IMG/VR virus record: IMGVR_UViG_3300022591_000012
Span: 1-54,453 of that record
Reading direction: 5' to 3' (one strand)
Length of the DNA stretch: 54,453 nt
Origin: a virus
Taxonomy: Duplodnaviria > Caudoviricetes
Within the stretch, counting starts at the first letter, position 1; every line of letters starts with the position of its first letter. The notes beneath the pieces are model-generated. The model ran no database searches, had not been told where the DNA came from, and was given only the letters and a program-made list of their open reading frames with translations. This document shows positions 45,160-53,014 of the stretch, piece after piece. A program made the translations under genes and the position numbers.

Positions 45160-48100
45160 ATGCCCTTTGACCCGACTCAGCCGTTTACCGTCGTAACGCC
45201 GGTTTCTGGCTTTGATCCCTCCAAGCCGTTCACCGTGGTCACTCCCGCCGCCGCGCAATCTGCGCAACCCGCCACACCTCCCGGCTACACGCCCGCCGAA
45301 GTGCAAGCGTCTCGCTCTGTCCCGCCAAACCCCGACGTCATCGCTCCAGATATGCTAACCCGCATCTGGAACGCTGTAACCGGCGCGGCGGCGGGCGCAT
45401 GGAACGCCAGCGGCCAGCCGAACCCGGTAACGCAGGCGGCAAACGCCGCGGCAGACCGGGACCTCCCGACGCTGGCACCCGTCATCCACGGGATAAACTA
45501 TCTTGCGGACCAGTCCGGACGCCCGCTCGCCGCCGCCATCCAGGGCGCGCAGGCCGGTGTTGCGCAGACCGGCGCGGAACTCGGCGCACCTCAACTTGGC
45601 CGCGACCTCGCCGCGATGCCGGAAGCGTTTGCCGGGATGCCTGGCGCGTTGCGGACCCCGGAGCCGGTAGCGGGCCGACCCGCCGGACTTCGCATCGAGC
45701 CGACCATGCGAGGGCCGGAACCGGGCGGCACGCCTGTTGCTCCCGCCCCGACATCGCCGCCTCCCGCGCCTCCAACGCTGGCGTTGGCCGGGCCGGAACC
45801 GAAGCCTGCCGCCCCGGCGCCAACTCTTGCGCTGCCCGCTCCTGAGCCGCCAAAGCCAGCCCCGACAGCGCCCGCCGAGACGCCCGCCGGGGAAACTGTC
45901 AACCGCGTAACCTACTTCGATCAGGCTCAAGGCGAATACGCCAGCGGCATAGTCAAGGGCACGCGTCCGGACGGGACAATGGTGGTGGACCGCGGCGCCG
46001 GGCCGTATGTGTTCGTGCATCCCGGTTCGGTCGTCGGGGAGCGCGTGGCGCCCGCGCCCCGCCCGGTTGCGTCCGCCGCTCCGGGGCCGTCGCCGGAAGC
46101 CGGGGGTGGCGCGGCAACGGCAACCGCGACCAAGCCATACCGCTCTGCCACGCAAATTCAGCGCGAAGAAGGCGTTGGCTACAATCAAGCCGTCGCGATC
46201 CGTGACGCAGAAGTGGCGGAAGCCGAGGCGCGGGCCAAGGCGGAAGAAGCCGCAAAGCCCGATCCGGCGAAGGCGCACGGCGGCCCGTGGACCGAGGCTG
46301 GAAAGAACACGGACGGAGAGACGGTCTACGCGAATCCGGACGGGCGCCATGCGGTGTTTGTGGACGGGGTGCCCTGGGCCGAAGCCGCCGGGACTGATCC
46401 GGAGAAGCGGAAGCCGCGGTATCAGATTGTCGGGACCGGGCAGGGCGACGCGCCGGATAAACCCGCCCCGGCGACAGTCAAGCCGAATAAAACCCTGTCG
46501 CTGGATGGCGAATCTCCCGCCGATACCATAAAGCCGGGCGGCGCGAACCCGCTGGAACCGTTCTTCCCGCGCGTGCCAACTGCGGATAACCCGCTGACGG
46601 TGGCGGAGATCGAGCAGGCTCGCGTTGCTGCGCAAGCGCATGTCGCGGCCGAGGCGGACAAGGCGCGGAAAGCGCTGGATGTCCCGGCCGCAGTGCCGAC
46701 AGGGCCGGGTCCGAAAGTTTCAGCAAATAGCGACACTCCGAGGCAATCCGACGCGCCAACCGCGACTGCGCCCGGCCCGAAACTCGAACTCCCGCCCATT
46801 CCTCCCAAAGAAGCCGCCAGCCTCGCGACAGCCTACGAAGGGCATCCCGCCGTCGATGACGTGCGCCGGGCCGTGGAGGCTGGCACGCCTCCCGAGCAGA
46901 TCGCAGGGAAAGGAAATCCGTTCACGGCAACGGAAGTGCGGGCGCTGGCGGATCATCACGGGTGGAAGGCGAAGCCGGTAGACGCCCCGCCGCCCGCGGC
47001 AAGCATTATAGTCGATGGTCAGACATTCACTTCCGAGAGCTTGGACGCGCGGATAAAGGTGGGCACGAAACAACTGAAGGAGCTTCAGCGCGAAGCCTCG
47101 GCCGAGATGAATCCGGATCGGTGGCGGAAGATCGCCGCCGAGGTAGTGGCTCGTCAGCAGGAACTTGAGCGGCAGCGGGACGCGCTCTATGCACACCAGA
47201 ACCCGCAACCGGCAGGCGCTCCGCCAATCCGCCCCATGCAATCATGGGTCACTGACGCCGACCGCGCCAGATGGGAAGCAGAAAGGGCCGAACGCGACAG
47301 GCTTGACCCGCAGCCTGAAAATCCGCCGCTTCCAGTCGATGAACCGCCGGACTTTGGCGAAAAAAAACCCGTAGACGCCCCGCCGCCGCAGTCCGGCGGT
47401 TACGTCATGCTGGACCCGGCGCAAATCGCCGTCGATCCAGCCCGCTTCCAATACAAGGAAAGCGGCGAGGGTGGCGTTACCGGCGCTCTGCACGGCATCG
47501 ACACATGGGAGCCGGCGCTCGCCAACCCGATCACGGCATGGCAGGACAAGTCTGGCAAGTTGTGGGTGGTCAACGGCCACCAGCGCACCGACCTCGCCAA
47601 GCGGGCGCAAACTGCGGGACAGCAGGGCGTGCAGATGCCGGCGCGCGTGTTCCGCGAGGAAGACGGCTACACCCCGGAATACATGCGGGCGTTGGGCGCT
47701 TACCAGAACATCGCGGAAGGCTCGGGCACGGCGATTGATGCCGCCAAGGTCATGCGGGCCGCCGACGCAATCCCGGACACATTCAAGCTGCCAAGCCTGC
47801 CGCCGCGAGGGCAGATCGTGCGGGATGCCGCCGGGCTGACGAAATTGTCGGATGAAGCGTTCGGCGCGGCCGTCAACGGCGTAATTCTGCCCGCCTATGC
47901 CGCGCATGTCGGCAACCTGCTGTCCGATCCGACCGAGCAAATGGCGGCGATCGACATCCTGACGCGCGGCCATCCCGCGAACTCCGATCAAGCCCGCATG
48001 ATGGTGCTGGATGTCCGCGCCAGCGGCTTTCTGCGCGGCGAACAGACATCGCTCTTTGGCGATGAGGACTTTGCCCGGTCACTGGTCCCGGAACGCGCCC

Positions 48101-51100
48101 GCGTGCTGGATGGCGCGCTGCGGCAACTGCGCCGGGCCAAAACGGTGTTTCGCGCCGCGATTGAGGGCGAAGACACTTTAACTTCGGTCGGCAATAAGTT
48201 AGACCGTGAGGGCAACACGCAGGCCAGGACGGACAATGAGCGACTTATCGACACGCTCGAACGGGAATCCACCACGCGAGGACCAATCTCCGACGCGCTC
48301 ACAGCCGCAGCACGAGACCTTGCCGGGGGAAAGCCAATCGGATCGGCCGTCTCCCGGTTCATCGCCGCCGCCCGCGACCCTGGACCCGTACAACATGGCG
48401 CTGCTGACGCTGGCGATGGACATGCGGGCGAAAGCGAAGGCGGGGAAGTAGAGGGGCAGGACGGGCTGTTTGAGGGGCGTGGACTGCCATCCCTAATCCC
48501 TGCCGTCCGCGTCGCCGGAAAAACCTACACCGGCACAGACCACGCCAACGCATCCGGGAAAGTGCCACGCGAAGGCAACGAGGATGTCGCCTCAGTCTAT
48601 GGCTTCGTTGACGATCGCGGCAGGTTCCTCGATCGCACGCGGGCGTATGAGTATGCCGAGGCGCATGGGCTGCTGGCGCCGGGCGCGGAAGGACGGGGAC
48701 GGTCGGAACTGACTTCGGGGGATTTGCGGGGGAGCGAGGGTCGTAAGTTAGGTCCGATTCCGGTCAACGTTCGCGACATCGTTCCGGCAATGCGGATCAC
48801 GCCAAAAAATGGACGGTCTTACATCCTTCAGGGCAAACGTGGCGAACTGCACGATGATGTTGTCAGCCGCGCCTATGCAGATGACGAATCGCTTTACGAC
48901 AACAAACACAAGAGCGAACTCGGATTTGTCGATGAGACAACCGGGCGCTGGTATTCGCGCGATGACGCCGCACGGGCCGTTGGCGTCCATGAAGCGAGCG
49001 AATTGCTGGGCAACTTAGCCGAATCCCCCGGCCTCGACCAGACCGAGACCCCGGCGTTCCGTGCGTGGTTTGGCGGCAGTAAGGTGGTGGATGGTGCGGG
49101 TAGGCCGCTGGTGGTTTACCATGGTAGCCCGAAGCCGTATGCCGCTGAGGCGGCACAATTTGAAATTCCGCGCGTTCATGAGTCTGCGGCATTCTTTACC
49201 GATAGCCCATATTCCGGGAATGCCTATGCTTTTAGCTTGAGGTATCGCGGGTCAGACCGCGTGGCGCCGAACGTTATTCCTGTTTATTTAAGCATGAAGA
49301 ACCCGCTAGAGGTTGATTTTGGCGGAAAGGTAAAAGAACGGGGCTTTGATCCACTCATTTGGCACGCAGAAGAACATGGCTACGATGGGCTGATCATTCG
49401 GAATGTTATTGATAGCCCGCGCGGTGATGTAGATGCCGACCCGCAGACGGTATATGCGGCTTTCTTTCCCACCCAAATCAAATCCGCCATCGGCAACCGC
49501 GGAACCTTCGACCCCACGGACCCGAACATCCTGGCGGAGCAGTCCGGCATCCCTACCCCCCTTTACAGCGCCACTTCCCGCGCCGTCGATGCGCTGAAAC
49601 AGGCCAAGGGAACCGGCGAGCAAATGCTTGCCGCAATCAGCAAAACGCCCGGCGTGAAACCCGAAGAAATGAAGTGGCTTGGGCTGGACGACTGGTTGCG
49701 CGGTCGTGGGGTGGTCACGAAGGCTGAGATACAGGATTTCGTGCGGGAGCATGCGGTTGATGTCCGGGAGGTGATGAGAGGCGACCCGCACCCTCTGCCG
49801 CCGGCAGAATATCGCCGCTGGATTAATTTGTCTGATCGCGTAAATGGCGGCGAGACATTGACGGTCGCGGAAAACAAGGAGCTTGACGATTTAGAGTTTC
49901 GCGCGAGGGCGTTTCAGGGTCCGAAGACCACAAAGTATTCCGGATACACCCTTCCCGGCGGTGAAAACTACCGGGAATTGTTGCTGACGTTGCCGCCTAA
50001 GCCTCGATCGGTTGATTTTGGCGAAGTTCGCTCCCCTGGTCATGATTACGGCGCTACGGATCACATCGCGAACTGGCAAGGTCAGCACGAAGTCAAGGGC
50101 GTCAATGAATATCCGTTTACGATTAACGGGCAGGAAATGGGCACTATTACCCATTGGCCTTACACGTTCGACGGGAGAGGTAATCGCGCGCCGGAAAAAT
50201 ACGTCGTCAATTCTCCGTGGGTCCAAAATGCACAGATGGCCTCGATGGAGGCGGCAAAGAAGATTGTCAACGAGCGGTATAATGAGGCTGCGGCACCGGG
50301 GCAAAACGCTTACCATTCTTCTCATTGGGACGAACCCAACGTCCTAGCGCACGTCCGGTTTGATGAACGGGATGCGCCGGACGGCGCGCATGTATTGATG
50401 GTGCATGAGGTGCAGTCGGATTGGCATCAGGCGGGAAGGAGGTCCGGATACAAAGGTGACGTTGATGTCGATGCGCTTCGCCTCCGCGAACAGGAATTGA
50501 TCGGCAAGGGAGCGAGCGCCACACCTGAAGAAAAGCAAGAATGGGCGGATATCATGAACCGCATTCAAGCGTCCGGAAAGGCGGTTCCGGATGCCCCATT
50601 CAAAACTTCATGGTCCGCGCTCGCCATGCGCCGCATTATCAAGTATGCGGCGGATAACGGCTTCGATCGCGTGGCATGGTCGCCGGGGGCTGTTCATGCG
50701 GATCGGTATGATCTGAGCAAACAGATTAGTTCGCTTGATTACCAGAAAAACGCCAATGGCACATACCGGCTATCCTATCAGAAGGATCGCCGCGGCCACA
50801 TGATTGGGGACGCTATTCCTGCTGAAAAGTTGGAAGATTATGTCGGCAAGGATGTTGCGAAAAAAATAGTGGATGGCGGTGGCAAGCCGGTAAATTTTGC
50901 CGCCACCAACGACAGGCCGAACATCTATAATCGATTGTCCGGCCTCGATCTGAAAGTCGGCGGCGAAGGCATGACCGGCTTCTACGACAACATCCTCCCG
51001 AAAGAGACGAACAAGATCATCGGGAAGTTTGGCGCGAAGGTCGGGCGGAGTTTGATCGGGACCGGGGAAAGCGAACCTGGCCAACCGTGGCGACGTGACA

Positions 51101-52926
51101 CATCGACGCGGCTATTTGATGCTGCGGATCGCGCCGAAGCGGCTGGCGACAAAACTGCGATGCGGCAGTTGATCCATGCCGGCGAGCACATTGAAGACCC
51201 CGGATCAGATCATGTTGCGCTGTTTTACGGATTTAATGATGCCGCCAAGAAATACCTCACGGAAGCAGGCGGAGCGCCGGAACTTCCCGCGACGAAAGAG
51301 CCAGTCCACTCCTTCGACCTGACCCCGGAACTGCAACGCGCCGCCCAAACTGAGGGCATGGCGCTGTTCGCAGGCCGCCGCCTCCCCGCCCCACCCCGAG
51401 ACGCCGCCCCGGACCTGTTCGGCACCGCGCGCCCATCCGCACCGACACGCACCCCGGAACCGACGATCCGCGACGACCAGCGGCAGGCCGTCATGCCTGG
51501 GATGGAACCCTCCGCACGGCAGGCGCAGGCGGCTCGGGATGCGGCGGGGCCGCGTGGGGGGCAGAAGGCTGCGGATGAGGGGTTGTTTGGGCGGCCGGAG
51601 ACGGAGCAGCCGGAATTGCCGCCCGATTGGGCAACCAGTCACGCCAAGGACCTGAACGGCTCCGTGGCATGGCACCAAGGCGATATCGCGCTGATCCGTG
51701 GCCGCGCCGTCAACGGCAGGCAAATCTACGTCCCCGCCAAGGACGGCTTTGGCCGCGCCCGCGTGGACTTCGGCGGCTACACCGGAACCGCGTTCACCGT
51801 GCCGGAACTTCAGGCGTTGCGTGCCGCCCGCGAGCGCGTGGCTGCGGCTGATGAGGCGGCGGAGCGGCAGCGGCTTGCCGCCACGCCGCGACGCTCTGCC
51901 TTCGCCAATCACGGCCAGAACTTCACGGACATGACCGGCGAGGCGCCGACGCATGGGTATGAGGAAGCGGCGGATTGGGTCATGCGGATGGGCCGGGAAA
52001 CCGGGCACGAACACATCGCTGTGGTGGACAATCAGACGGGGGAGATCGTCCACGCGGGGACAAGCCACCAGGCTGCCAGCGTCGCCTTTCCGCACGCCAA
52101 TGTGCTGGGCGAAGACGGCCGATACACGATCCACCACAACCATCCAAGCGGCACGGCGCTGTCGCCGCAAGACATGACGATGCTGGTCAATAAGGGCGTC
52201 AGCAACGTCGTCAGCCATGGGCACAACGGCGTCACCACATGGGCCGCGCCGGGGCCGGTAATGCGGGGCGTCCGCACTGACAAACTTCCCGAATTGCTCA
52301 AGGCGTCTACCGGCATCCATACCGCGCATTCGATTGCGGCGAACATGGCGGATCAGATCGTGCGCCCGCTTATGAATGCGGGGGAACTAACCCGAGATCA
52401 CGCAAACGCGCTCTATACCGATGTCGCCAATCGCATTCTTCATGCGCAAGGCTTGATCGACTATCACTCAACGCTACCTTTGCCGGATGCGGTGCAAGCC
52501 GGCCTCGACAAGCAACTGAAGGCACTCGGAAATGCTGATAGACCCGCCCGGACCCTTCGCCCCGAAGAAAGAGTTGCAGGACTTCCTGGACCAACACAAG
52601 GACAACCCGGACCCCGGCGCCAAGTGGGCGGTTCGGGCGGTCAGGGGGCATCTGGCGAACTACGAGAAGGGGCCGACTCCGGTGAGCAGGGCGGTCTCCG
52701 AGAAACTAAGCCGGGAGAACCTGAATCGGATACTTCGGGGCGAGCCAACCGTTCACGGCGGCAAGTAACCCCCTACGCCCCCGCCATCCCCGGCGGCGTC
52801 AAGGACCCTGGCGGCGATGAAGGCCAACGCCAAGGCGTGAACGCCCTGGCCGAAGCGTCCCGCCGCGCGAAGGCCAATTCCACGAACGCGCTGGCGAGGC
52901 TGGCAGCCAAAACTAGCCCGCCGTAA
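45160..52926 (+). CDS. giant polyvalent ejection protein (ParB-like, ART-like, EVQSDW domain, JAB-like)
   Basis: VVNGHQR; FRAWFGGSKVVD..G.PLVVYHG...QIKSA.GN.GTF; HEVQSDWHQ; HHNHPSG..LS.QD. Confidence 0.85.
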   Translation: MPFDPTQPFTVVTPVSGFDPSKPFTVVTPAAAQSAQPATPPGYTPAEVQASRSVPPNPDVIAPDMLTRIWNAVTGAAAGAWNASGQPNPVTQAANAAADRDLPTLAPVIHGINYLADQSGRPLAAAIQGAQAGVAQTGAELGAPQLGRDLAAMPEAFAGMPGALRTPEPVAGRPAGLRIEPTMRGPEPGGTPVAPAPTSPPPAPPTLALAGPEPKPAAPAPTLALPAPEPPKPAPTAPAETPAGETVNRVTYFDQAQGEYASGIVKGTRPDGTMVVDRGAGPYVFVHPGSVVGERVAPAPRPVASAAPGPSPEAGGGAATATATKPYRSATQIQREEGVGYNQAVAIRDAEVAEAEARAKAEEAAKPDPAKAHGGPWTEAGKNTDGETVYANPDGRHAVFVDGVPWAEAAGTDPEKRKPRYQIVGTGQGDAPDKPAPATVKPNKTLSLDGESPADTIKPGGANPLEPFFPRVPTADNPLTVAEIEQARVAAQAHVAAEADKARKALDVPAAVPTGPGPKVSANSDTPRQSDAPTATAPGPKLELPPIPPKEAASLATAYEGHPAVDDVRRAVEAGTPPEQIAGKGNPFTATEVRALADHHGWKAKPVDAPPPAASIIVDGQTFTSESLDARIKVGTKQLKELQREASAEMNPDRWRKIAAEVVARQQELERQRDALYAHQNPQPAGAPPIRPMQSWVTDADRARWEAERAERDRLDPQPENPPLPVDEPPDFGEKKPVDAPPPQSGGYVMLDPAQIAVDPARFQYKESGEGGVTGALHGIDTWEPALANPITAWQDKSGKLWVVNGHQRTDLAKRAQTAGQQGVQMPARVFREEDGYTPEYMRALGAYQNIAEGSGTAIDAAKVMRAADAIPDTFKLPSLPPRGQIVRDAAGLTKLSDEAFGAAVNGVILPAYAAHVGNLLSDPTEQMAAIDILTRGHPANSDQARMMVLDVRASGFLRGEQTSLFGDEDFARSLVPERARVLDGALRQLRRAKTVFRAAIEGEDTLTSVGNKLDREGNTQARTDNERLIDTLERESTTRGPISDALTAAARDLAGGKPIGSAVSRFIAAARDPGPVQHGAADAGDGHAGESEGGEVEGQDGLFEGRGLPSLIPAVRVAGKTYTGTDHANASGKVPREGNEDVASVYGFVDDRGRFLDRTRAYEYAEAHGLLAPGAEGRGRSELTSGDLRGSEGRKLGPIPVNVRDIVPAMRITPKNGRSYILQGKRGELHDDVVSRAYADDESLYDNKHKSELGFVDETTGRWYSRDDAARAVGVHEASELLGNLAESPGLDQTETPAFRAWFGGSKVVDGAGRPLVVYHGSPKPYAAEAAQFEIPRVHESAAFFTDSPYSGNAYAFSLRYRGSDRVAPNVIPVYLSMKNPLEVDFGGKVKERGFDPLIWHAEEHGYDGLIIRNVIDSPRGDVDADPQTVYAAFFPTQIKSAIGNRGTFDPTDPNILAEQSGIPTPLYSATSRAVDALKQAKGTGEQMLAAISKTPGVKPEEMKWLGLDDWLRGRGVVTKAEIQDFVREHAVDVREVMRGDPHPLPPAEYRRWINLSDRVNGGETLTVAENKELDDLEFRARAFQGPKTTKYSGYTLPGGENYRELLLTLPPKPRSVDFGEVRSPGHDYGATDHIANWQGQHEVKGVNEYPFTINGQEMGTITHWPYTFDGRGNRAPEKYVVNSPWVQNAQMASMEAAKKIVNERYNEAAAPGQNAYHSSHWDEPNVLAHVRFDERDAPDGAHVLMVHEVQSDWHQAGRRSGYKGDVDVDALRLREQELIGKGASATPEEKQEWADIMNRIQASGKAVPDAPFKTSWSALAMRRIIKYAADNGFDRVAWSPGAVHADRYDLSKQISSLDYQKNANGTYRLSYQKDRRGHMIGDAIPAEKLEDYVGKDVAKKIVDGGGKPVNFAATNDRPNIYNRLSGLDLKVGGEGMTGFYDNILPKETNKIIGKFGAKVGRSLIGTGESEPGQPWRRDTSTRLFDAADRAEAAGDKTAMRQLIHAGEHIEDPGSDHVALFYGFNDAAKKYLTEAGGAPELPATKEPVHSFDLTPELQRAAQTEGMALFAGRRLPAPPRDAAPDLFGTARPSAPTRTPEPTIRDDQRQAVMPGMEPSARQAQAARDAAGPRGGQKAADEGLFGRPETEQPELPPDWATSHAKDLNGSVAWHQGDIALIRGRAVNGRQIYVPAKDGFGRARVDFGGYTGTAFTVPELQALRAARERVAAADEAAERQRLAATPRRSAFANHGQNFTDMTGEAPTHGYEEAADWVMRMGRETGHEHIAVVDNQTGEIVHAGTSHQAASVAFPHANVLGEDGRYTIHHNHPSGTALSPQDMTMLVNKGVSNVVSHGHNGVTTWAAPGPVMRGVRTDKLPELLKASTGIHTAHSIAANMADQIVRPLMNAGELTRDHANALYTDVANRILHAQGLIDYHSTLPLPDAVQAGLDKQLKALGNADRPARTLRPEERVAGLPGPTQGQPGPRRQVGGSGGQGASGELREGADSGEQGGLRETKPGEPESDTSGRANRSRRQVTPYAPAIPGGVKDPGGDEGQRQGVNALAEASRRAKANSTNALARLAAKTSPP
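52532..52768 (+). CDS. small protein nested in the +1 frame of the giant gene
   Basis: MLIDPPGPFAPKKELQDFLDQH, amphipathic helices, while the outer frame is low-complexity. Confidence 0.5.
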   Translation: MLIDPPGPFAPKKELQDFLDQHKDNPDPGAKWAVRAVRGHLANYEKGPTPVSRAVSEKLSRENLNRILRGEPTVHGGK

Positions 52927-52952
52927 CAAAACCCGCTATACTGCCGCCACAC

Positions 52953-53014
52953 CCGACCGGCCGGACCTTGCCGGGCATCGTCACCCGCCCCATCGGTGAA
53001 CCACCAGATGCCCG
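52953..53014 (+). promoter_or_regulatory. pseudoknot leader RNA, copy E
   Basis: CCG-A-CCGGC-CGG...GCCGG; CGGGCATC/GATGCCCG covering ATG; TATACT -10 upstream. Confidence 0.7.
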
